From NCBI GenBank assembly GCA_020536535.1, contig JAHLWZ010000957.1:1-38262 (forward strand): DNA of 38,262 bases, in the 5' to 3' direction. Position numbers and translations under genes: made by a program. The notes beneath the pieces are model-generated. The model was not told the DNA's origin, ran no database searches, and saw only the letters and a list, made by a program, of their open reading frames with translations. This document shows, piece after piece, positions 25,801-34,918 of this stretch. The stretch comes from Pelomyxa schiedti. Lineage: Eukaryota; Protista; Evosea. Numbering within the stretch: the stretch's first letter is position 1; each line of letters begins with the position of its first letter.

Positions 25801-28800
25801 TGCTGGCTAATTGAATTGAATGCATTTCCAATCCATTGTTTTCCATTCTTTCTTTGGCACACAAGGGCCAATCTGAACTGGTTGTGAGCTTCCTGAGCTT
25901 GCATTACAGTTTTCGATATATGTTGTTGGGATTCAGTAGATAACAATTCTGGGTGAACACAGCAATAAAGGGAGTCAGGGAACCCGGCTTTTGTAGCCCC
26001 CAGGCATCTATTAAGAAAAATTTCGATTTCTTCTTGCTTTGTTTCAGATGTACAGAAAATCAACTCGTGACGTTCTGGCATAAATCCATGATTGGTGTAC
26101 AATGCCATTACTACATTCAATTCAGATTTATCCCCAATAATTGCAACAAAAATTTTCCCCATGGTAACTTGGCAATCAGTGAACTGATCTCTCGTTTCAT
26201 TAAACACCAATGGCACTTTACATCGCTTGTGTGTTAGAAATACTGATAAATTTTCCCCAAGGGCATTGAGACACTCAAGGTTAAACTGGATGGGAGGAAG
26301 TACTGCTGCACATTTAAGTGTAACTTCAGAGGGTAACAAACAAATTAATTCCTGGACTTCAGAACTTATGTGACCTGAGAGAAGTAGATTGTAAAGAGTC
26401 CATATTTGGTTACTTAAGAAGAAATTCAAAACATAGTGATGTTTTCGTGACTCGTCAAGAGCATTCACAACTTCATCCAGAGAATTGTCAAGATCTCTAT
26501 TCATTTCCTGAAGTGTGTGTACATTTGTATGTTCACAAGCATATTTTGAACCGCAAACGCCAAGGTCGAATATGATGTTCAGTGAAGAGACAATATCTTG
26601 AATTATATCAACAACTAGAATAAATTGCTGCATTGAATTCAATTCAATCTGGCTTGTTGTTCCAGAGAGTCTAACAGTAGGCTTCACTCTTTGATAATCT
26701 GTTGAGGTAAAAAGTAAAGCACGACTCCTCAGGTCAAGTAAATCATTCAGAGTCTTCATGCCAGGCTTCTCTCTGAACGTCAAGACTACCTCACATTGGG
26801 AATCCTTAAAGAAAAAGCGAAATGTGCCTTGACTTATTGTGTTTTGTACAATTTCTCTTGTAACTTCTCCTCTGTTGGCCAGTGAATCAAAGGCATGTTG
26901 TAAGGCATAGAAATTTTCATTACAACTGCGTAGTTTTCCAGCAATTGAAGGACATTCACTACTCACTCTATTCACAACATTAATAAACTCCTCTAAAGAA
27001 CAGAGAGGCTTAACATTGTCTACCAGTGGGGAGATCAGGCGCTTCAAGTCAACCAAGTCAGCTACACATCCTTCTTGGAGCATCTCATCAGAATAGTCTT
27101 CAAAAGCACCTACCAATTGGCGGAGATCCTCAGATCGTTTCTCCTTCAGGAATGTAATCAAAAGTGTACTATCAGTAAGCATTTCAATAAAAGGCCAACT
27201 TGCAGTAGTAACAGCAGAGATTAGACTGGTGAGTTGTTTAGTTTTTATTGCAACATCAGTGATAAGGGAGGCATCAATTTTAGCTGGCTCTAGTGCATCC
27301 ACAGTAACTTGCAGTTTTGAGCAATGCTGTGAAAGTTCACAGATTATCATCGCTCTTAGAAGAAAGGCAGTATTTCGCCTATGGGTTGCTAAAGATAGCA
27401 CAGATTCAAGAGCTTGTTTAGTCTGAGGTGTGAAAGGCGCAAATAATCTCTCTGCTTGAAAGATTTCTGAGGATAGGGATTGGGGATCTATTGAGCCGAA
27501 TACTTCACAAGCAACCTCAAAGGTGAGAGGTTTACTTTGTGCAAGGTTCCTCCAGAAGGAATTAAAACAAGTTAAAGCCGAATTCATAGCTGTCAAAACC
27601 TCATCAACTGTAGAGGGGGTTGTGTGTTTGACCTCAGATTGCCAAAAACTTTGGAAGCTGGTCATATTATAAACTGGAAGTACTAGTTTGAGATGACTTA
27701 AGGGTAACAAAAATGGGTTCCAGAACTCCAAACTTCCTGCCTCCTGTATTCTCAAAGGTGCTCCTTGTGTGTTTTTCCCTTCTTTGAGAACTTGAGCAAA
27801 GCTGGACAATTCTTCTGAAGCAAATGTAGGCACACAAAATTGACGAAGAAACACACTAATGCTTTCAAAGTTTTTGGAGAATTGATTGAAATCGTTCATA
27901 GCTACCTCCACTATCCGAGAGGCTTCAGTTTTGTTAACAGTAAAAGGAGTGATAAACTGAGCAATGGTCAGGGACTCAATAGCAGTGAGGGATTGGAATT
28001 CTTGGATGGGCATTGTTCTTTCAGATAAAGCCCTGGCAAGTTGACTCAGAGTGTTTCTTACTGTTTGCACTTTGATATTTGCATGAGTGATGGGACAACT
28101 CTCTGTTAACATAATAATTCGCCACCAAAAAGGTCCTCCTTTCATCACTGTTACAGCTAAATTATCAGAAGTATGCTCTGGATTGATTGTAGGCAACAAC
28201 TCTAAAAGGTGGCACATGCAAGTGTCAATGAGGGAATTGCTCACTGTATATTCTGAATAAATTGCTGGTTGGCAATGACAAAGTTTAGCTATAATTGCAT
28301 CCAGTTGAGGGAGTGATGGAGTGGCAGAAAAATATGGCTTGATAAAATCCTTGAAGCCATTGAAATACAATTCCATGTTATTTGAGGTGGAAACATCACA
28401 GGCAGTCTCCAAGAAATCGGGCAAAGTGAGAGATTTTTCTATAACAGAATTGTATAAAGTAGATTGGAGGGGACCATCAGATAACTTGGAAAATAAAAGA
28501 GATGCGGACTTCCATAAAACTTGATTAGTGGGGGCACTGTGAAGCCAGGCACTGCAAGTCCCTTTAATAAGCTCATGTGAAGCTCCCTGCTGTTTGAGAG
28601 AGTTGATGATAGGTGGGAAAAGAGTCCAATTACAACCAGTCAATGAAAACTTCGTAACTAGCTCCTTCAGTAAAGTGGGAAAAGAGTTGTCTCCAAAGAG
28701 ATTAGGCAAATCAAAGAAAGGAAGCAAGTCAGATTCCACAGTGGCATTCAATACTTCAGATTTCACTATATTAGCAAGTTCTTCCTGAAAGTTCTGTAGT

Positions 28801-31800
28801 CTCGTCATATTCTCAGATTTGCAGTATGTGAACATAGCAACACGTGATTGCTTCGACCAGTATTTGGTGCAAGGTGAGCAGTGAAACTCAGGAATGTACA
28901 TAGAGGCCTTCTGAAAACAATTCAGATATTGTTGTACTGTTGGTGCAGAAGTGGCCAAGGAGTTAAATATAACTTTTAGATGAGCCTCTTTACTGATTGG
29001 TCTCTTTTGTATAAGTTCGATAACAAAATTCACAAGGTCAGCATATTCTTTGTCCAAGAATTTCTGTTCGGTACATGGTTTGATAAAGTCTAGCCAGGTG
29101 AGTGGTATTTGGTGTATGCTTAAGAGATTCATCCAACTTCTGGGATTAGAAATTGGAAGAGTGACCAATCTTTTGATTGCACACTCCAAACAGTTTAAAA
29201 TGAATCCTGGTAAGGATACACCATTAGAAAGACTTTCTCCAATAGCTTTGAATGAAAGATCAGGATTGGGCCACAAGAAAGAAGGTTGTGACAGATATTG
29301 ATCATTTGAGACTATATAACCAAAAACTATAACAGCCAGGAAGTCCTCATGTATTTGGGGGGAGTGATGCAAAGGTAGTATTTCTTTAGAGGGTTCCAAC
29401 TGAGAAAGGAGTGCTTGCAGTTGGGTAAAATCTTTGCTGGCTGAGGAGACAAAGGCATTGCAACATAGCTTAAAATAGCACCTGAAGACAGAGACATGGT
29501 TACAAGAGGCTAAATAACACTTGAGGCTCAATCGGAATTGATGTGGCCAATGAAAATCAACAAGATTATTACTGTCTGATGTAGCACATTCCCAACAGAG
29601 TTCCTCTTTTGTTTGATGTAGGAACTTGTACTGAACAGCCTTCATGTTAGTGAAGAAAAATGATGGAGAAGACCAATCAACAATACCACTAAAATCTGTT
29701 CCACGTTGTAAGGCCACCTGCCAATGGAAATTACTTAGGGGGAATAGCAGTTAATACACCAAAACCCTTTTACTTTAGGCGGTGCAAATAGACTTACCCT
29801 CATATCCTTGTCCCAGGTTCCAAGCAGTTGGTCATTTCCAACAATATAGACAGAGTGAACCCTTTCTGGTGCACAGACATGAAAAATAATTGGTGTGAGG
29901 TAAGAAACTTCCAATGTTCTTATAATTGCAGAAGTGTGGTTGACCCGGGAAGAAAGAAAGGAATCCAAGGCCAGTGTTTGACAGGAGGAAGCTATGCCCA
30001 CCATGGGATGAGTGAATTTGAGACTGCTCACATCTACGTATGATAGTAAAACCATGACACAACAGTGGGTGTCCCCACCATATGAAGGATGTAGGTATTT
30101 GCAGATGATTTGTTGATAGGAACTGGAGGAAATACTTTTAATGGGGCACACCTTGCACAGTTCATTCATTCTCCACAATTTGGGAGTGATATGCATTGGT
30201 GTGTTTAGCAAGTAATAAATACATGGTAAGATGTAAGACCATGACCATTCCCCCGGTGGGATATAAAGAATTCCCGAGGAGGGTAGTGAGATATTTGAGG
30301 AAAAAGAAGTTGAGATAGAAGTGAGCATAGAACCAGCATGAAACTCAGCTGTGTATATTTGACGTGAAGAAGATATTTCTGTGCAAGATAAATGGATCTA
30401 GGCTACTTCAGTTCTATAGAACAACAGGGGTGCATACCGAAAGAGAATTTGGGAGGATTATTATTGGTTCCCGGTTTTGGATTGGGCAGGAGTAACACAG
30501 AAAGTAGGTTTTCTTTTCTTCCTTAGGGGAAGATAAGGTACTCAGGGCACGTTTGTGAAAGCTGAGGGTATCTCTGCTTAACACTGTTGTATTGTTTGAA
30601 GGTGTTCCTGAAGAAAGGAGACTTTGAGGAGGGGTTTCGGGAAGAGTTACATAGGGTGGAACCAAGTCTAAGAGATATTCTGTCTTACATTATTTTTAAA
30701 GAGATGTGAAATGCAGAACCATTGTCCCTTGTAATAGTCTCATGCCCCATGTATGATGGGTGAAGGTGCCAAGCTTTGATGCACTCTGAACACAACAACC
30801 GGTCACATGACTTGCAAAATGTAAAGCACTCCTCTTCCTTGGACTTCATCATAAATGAGGTGCAGTATGAGCACTCTAACCAATAAAGGCTATCAATATT
30901 TGTTGAAATTTTAGACCACATTTACTTTTAATGGCTCCCCTTTTGTGGGTTTGTCTGCCCTTTGACTTATGGGAATTAGTCAAACAACTGAAGCAATAAA
31001 ATTCCTTGCAGTCAACACAGAAAAAAGATGCATCTTCCCCCCCATAGTCACACTTAATTATGGAAACTGTCAAAGCTAAGAATAATTTAGATCTCCCTGA
31101 AATAGAGAATAAGAGGATAATTGACACACATTGGTGACACCTTAGTTCAGGGGAACGATGTACAAAATCAAAGCACTGTTTACAAAGCAGCTTTCTACAT
31201 TGTGGGCATTCAGTGCAAGAGACTGTACTGGAGTTGCACCATCCACAAGTAGGCACTACAACACTCACCACCACAGACTGAGCAGGGTCTCGGTGATGTG
31301 AGAGTTTCAAGTGCATAACTGCATCACAGGCTGTGCAGAAAAGGGGGGCATCCAGGCAGTCAGCACATCGGAAAAGTCCCTCTTTCTTCCCACAGTTACC
31401 ACATCCTGTGTAACATTTATTTGATTCCTTGATGGGAGTTTTGCGTACTTATAAGTTCTATGGTTGTGTGTTTCTTGCGAGCCTCGCTCTTGTGGGTTGC
31501 CTTGAAACATGCCAAACAAAACAGTGCAGGCTTCAACTCTTTAAAACATTGTTCACATTTCTTCACAGCCGGTAATTCTTCACACGCTTGGCACGGATCT
31601 GTTGCTGGTGGTTGCGTTCCTACCGATAGTCAAACGGTTGTTCGGCGTCGTACGTGCAGCTAAAATTTGTTTTGTGAAAGAACGACCTGAGTGGTCCCTA
31701 TTCACATACGCGGTGTGATAGAAGGCATAGCAACGAGAACAATACGTCACACCACACTCAGTGCAGGGACAACCGGCCGCCCCTTCGCATTTGTAACACA

Positions 31801-31807
31801 CCTGCAT
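16882..31807 (-). CDS. Giant RNF213/mysterin-like AAA+ ATPase-E3 ligase (~4,800 aa): 6 B-box-like Zn fingers - CBM20 - stalk - dynein-like AAA+ core - E3 module with RZ-like finger - CTD
   Basis: RNF213 hallmark motifs in the 3842-aa ORF: SAGLGKT, LMGDTGCGKTSLI, FFDEINT, AACNPYR, SVSLRDIRR, FLVGKPGCSKSLS, LDEVGLAEISRHNPLKVLHSLLE, GISNWALDAAKMNR, FHGLRDFYSLIK, YDLLNQ, PFLNRFEKQ. Intron 29718-29797 (gtaagt..cag, phase 0) links it to upstream exons. Three short introns link it to the exons ending at 16882. The AAA+ core call is very secure; attachment of the B-box exons is likely but inferred. Confidence 0.9.
29585..29890 (-). other. CBM20-like carbohydrate-binding domain split by intron 29718-29797
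   Basis: Spliced sequence IIFHVCAPERVHSVYIVGNDQLLGTWDKDMR|VALQRGTDFSGIVDWS...VQYKF...LCWE matches the CBM20 pattern VxGxxxxLGxW...W...YKF...WE. Animal RNF213 also has an N-terminal CBM20-like domain. Confidence 0.78.
30730..31807 (-). other. Six tandem B-box-like zinc fingers (N-terminus of the RNF213-like gene)
   Basis: Six units of CxxC..CxxC..[FYL]CxxC...H..H: CYKC/CTEC/YCSRC; CQAC/CEQC/FCLAC; CGNC/CADC/FCTAC; CGWC/CPQC/LCKQC; CDYG/CVDC/YCFSC; CSYC/CKSC/LCSEC. Short GT-AG introns lie between several units. Confidence 0.8.
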
Positions 31808-31843
31808 TTTCTGGATAAAAAAAAGAAACGGGGTTTTTTCTTT

Positions 31844-32944
31844 TTATAAGATTGGGGGGAGATCGGGGAGAGTTGATGAACAGGCAGCTTTAATTTTGGT
31901 ATAATCCCTGGCATTGCCGCTTGCAGGGCGCCCAAGGGCCGTTACACTCCACCCTCCTGTTATTCGTTGTAGCACACACATAAGTACAGCCTGCCAGGCA
32001 CCAGCTTTGCGAATTGGGAAATCACTCAAAGGGTTGTTGGGCGTGCTCTGGTCATAGAGGCTTACTGTGGGTGCAGAAAAATGGCGTATAGTTGGCACTT
32101 TCCATGCACTCAGAACAAAAAAGAAGTAGGCAGAGTCAATGGGAACCTTGGAGAGAGAAATGGAGATGTGGTGTGTCCCACGCTCGACACTGCGGTCCAG
32201 AATATCACCCGAGTGTCGTAAACATGCATGAGGTCTTCTATGGTGATAATCTGCAAGGAAAAGGAACTTTCCACGTTTGTCATAGACAAGACAGGTTCCA
32301 TCAAGGTAATCAGTTTTGTGAGAAGGAAACCCCCAGGAGAGGTCAAGCCTAATTTCCGATAGGCTTGCTTGAGGTCCAACGAAACAGTGCATCACAACCA
32401 GCAACTGAACGTTACTTGTGGGAGAAACGGAATGAGTACCAAGTGTCGCTTTACTGCCATTCGGCATGACATCAGTGAGTTCTTTACCATTGGAAATCAA
32501 TCGCTGCTTCTCCACCGTGATATCGGTGCGCCTTTTAACGATACGCTTTATTCTAGAAATTTTAGTTTTTGTCTTGAACGGGACTTGTATAACGTCCCCT
32601 GCCAGCAGTGAGATAAAAAGAGTTCCTTGTGTTGCAGATACTGTCCTGTTCGAGTTGCCTTGTGGAATGGAATAAGACTGCGCAGTCCACTGCTGTTGAA
32701 GAATTTGTTGGTCTTCCACAGGAATAGGAGAGCTGCAAACAGGGCACGGCTTCTCGCTGGAAACGGCATCAAAGTGAAGATACTTGGCTAAACACTTAAC
32801 AAGCATTAAATTGTAAAAACCTCCAGCTGTATAACAAACCACGAGACACCAGGTTGGGTGATGGTGGCAGCCAGGGCCCATTGTCCTCGAGGAAGGAAAG
32901 TCTTCGCGTAGTTTCCTTTCGGCACAAGACGCACACAAAGCCAT
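31844..32944 (-). CDS. RING finger - ubiquitin-like - TerD domain protein (2 exons)
   Basis: ATG at 32944. Removing the 45-nt GT-AG intron 32795-32839 gives CASC..CHH.PTWCLVC..CPVC (C3HC4-like RING). Ubl: LFISLLAGDVIQV..KISRIKRIV..TVEKQRLISNGKEL..VQLLVV, with no di-Gly. TerD-like: IRLDLSW..DYLDGTCLVYD..LRHSGD..ISISLSKVP..FFFVLS..WSVTALG. Confidence 0.8.
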   Translation of the reverse strand: MALCASCAERKLREDFPSSRTMGPGCHHHPTWCLVVCYTAGGFYNLMLVKCLAKYLHFDAVSSEKPCPVCSSPIPVEDQQILQQQWTAQSYSIPQGNSNRTVSATQGTLFISLLAGDVIQVPFKTKTKISRIKRIVKRRTDITVEKQRLISNGKELTDVMPNGSKATLGTHSVSPTSNVQLLVVMHCFVGPQASLSEIRLDLSWGFPSHKTDYLDGTCLVYDKRGKFLFLADYHHRRPHACLRHSGDILDRSVERGTHHISISLSKVPIDSAYFFFVLSAWKVPTIRHFSAPTVSLYDQSTPNNPLSDFPIRKAGAWQAVLMCVLQRITGGWSVTALGRPASGNARDYTKIKAACSSTLPDLPPIL

Positions 32945-33158
32945 TCCACAAAGCAAGTTCTTTAAGGAAAAAATGAAAGGGTTATTGCAAGAATCATCAG
33001 GAGAAATATAACTCTGAGACTGAAACCTCCTCGCCACACTGAGACGTGTGTTCTGTTCCCTAACATCTCCAACTCGATCTCTCGGTAACAGTTCCGAAAT
33101 TTCTCCCCACGAACCTGAAGGTGCTGTTCCTTGAACCGTCTAAGAGCTCTTTTAGCCG

Positions 33159-34845
33159 ATGCGAGCCGTTATTACCCACCTTCGGGTTTCGTTTGCTCTG
33201 GTTGTTGTCCTTTCTTGTTTTGCCTCTGCCACAACCACGTACGACGTGGTAGCCGACTGCGGCGCCAAAGGGGACGGCGTCACGTCGGACGTCCAGGCCA
33301 TCCGCTACTGCGTCTCCAAGGCCGGGGCGACGCCGGGCGGGGCGACCGTCCGGTTCCCGGCGGGCAACTACCTCACCGGCCGCATCAGCCTCGAGTCCAA
33401 CGTGCGGCTGTGGCTCGACCGCGACGCCACGCTGCTGGGCTCGCTCGACGTAAACGACTACAGCGCGACCAACCACGACGCCTGGGCGCTGATCCACGCC
33501 TACCAGGTCTCCAACGTCAGCCTCGAGGGCGACGGCGCCGTCGACGGCCGCGCGGCCCTGTGGGTCGACCACTGGGACGAGCCCGAGCTGCAGCTGGTGC
33601 CGTGGAACAACAGCACCAACACGATCTGGAGCGGGTACGGGGGCTGCACCGGGTCCAACTGCAGGCCCAGGCTCGCGTGGTTCATACAGTGCGACAACAT
33701 CACCATCAAGGGCATCACGCTGAGGAACAGCGCCTTTTGGACTCTGCACATTTTGGGATCGTCGAATATCTACATTAGCGGAATCCACATCCTCGGTGAT
33801 GACAGGTGAGAAAAAAAGTTGGAATTGGTATTGGAATTGTTGTGCTCTCATTTCTTTAGAATCTTTATGGACTGCCTTGTTTAATGTTTAGTAGTTGTAC
33901 TCTAATGCAATAATAATAATATTTGGTAGGTTCCCTAACAATGATGCATTTGATCCTGACTCTTCTCACAACATCGTTTTTGAGAACAACTACCTTGACA
34001 CTGGTGATGATGGCGTATGTCCCAAAGCAACTTCAGGCTATGGACAGACGTATAACATGCACGTTCGGAACTGCACAATTAGATCCCGTTCGTGTGCTGT
34101 GAAGTTCGGTTCAGTTAACGCCGAAGACAGTGCGTTCCAATCTTCTTTGCTAAGCTAGAAGCCCACTCACTTTATCAACATTTCCTAGTGCACGATATGG
34201 TATTCGAAAATCTCACAATTTGGGATACCAATCGAGGTCTTGGCATTCAGCAACGTGACCCTGGCAACATCTACAACATAACATTCCGCAATATCAAAAT
34301 TTATGGAACCCGTTACTGGCCTGATACATGGTGGGGTGTAGCTGAGGTATTTCTGCTTTATACCCTTATCACAACGACTAAACGGTCCACTTACATAACA
34401 GCCAATCTATGTGGTCTCTGCACAAAGAAATGAGGGATACCCTACAGCTGGCATCTCACATGATATTACATTCGAGGACATCGAAGCAGTGGCAGAGAAC
34501 GGCATAATCATATCTGGAAGAATTGCAAACGGCGGTCAATCACCACGCAATATCACACTGCGGAATATCAAGTTGCACATTGACCGATACAGCAATATCT
34601 CCTCCCCCAGTCATGACTACAGGCCGTCCTCCGATCCCGAGGTTGTGGTGTGTGATATTGATGGAATCTATCTGGAGAGTGCACAAGAAGTAACTCTTGA
34701 CAACGTAAAAATCACCTATGGAACACCAACGCAAGACTTCTATGGGGTGTGTCTGGGAGGCTACAATTCCACTTATAAGTTAATTAACTTTGATTGCACT
34801 GATCCAGTCAAGCCGAAAAAAAGGGAAGAGGAAGTTGACAAGTAA
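33159..34845 (+). CDS. Secreted glycoside hydrolase family 28 (polygalacturonase-like beta-helix); exons 33159-33805, 33930-34129, 34189-34346, 34402-34845
   Basis: Signal peptide MRAVITHLRVSFALVVVLSCFASA. Motifs GAKGDGVTSDVQAI, FPAGNYLTG, GDGAVDG, RPRL, LRNSAFWTLH, and acidic catalytic motifs PNNDAFD and TGDDGVCPK, then CAVKFGS and WWGVAEPIYV. All three introns are GT-AG and restore the frame. Confidence 0.9.
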
Positions 34846-34918
34846 CTTTTTTAAAAAAAAAACTTGTTCTACCCTCTGTCTATTTACAGTCGCAAGAAAA
34901 GATTGCATTTTGTGAGTG

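Noticed and set aside
19479-29301. Many short plus-strand ORFs opposite the giant exon
   Set aside because: Antisense ORFs of 60-130 aa are expected by chance, and none has recognisable motifs.
31330-31350. Apparent frameshift in the third B-box at a G6/C6 run
   Set aside because: Recounting the run gives CLDAPLFCTAC in one frame.
32945-33037. N-terminal extension of ORF 31844-33037 from a GTG start
   Set aside because: In a eukaryotic context the first ATG (32944), just before the RING, is the likelier start. The upstream part is probably UTR or divergent promoter.
33060-33851. Long ORFs 33060-33851 (-) and 33131-33778 (+) overlapping GH28 exon 1
   Set aside because: They are shadow frames produced by extreme GC3 bias. 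The products are Arg/Gly/Val-rich with no motifs, while the 33159 frame has clear GH28 motifs.
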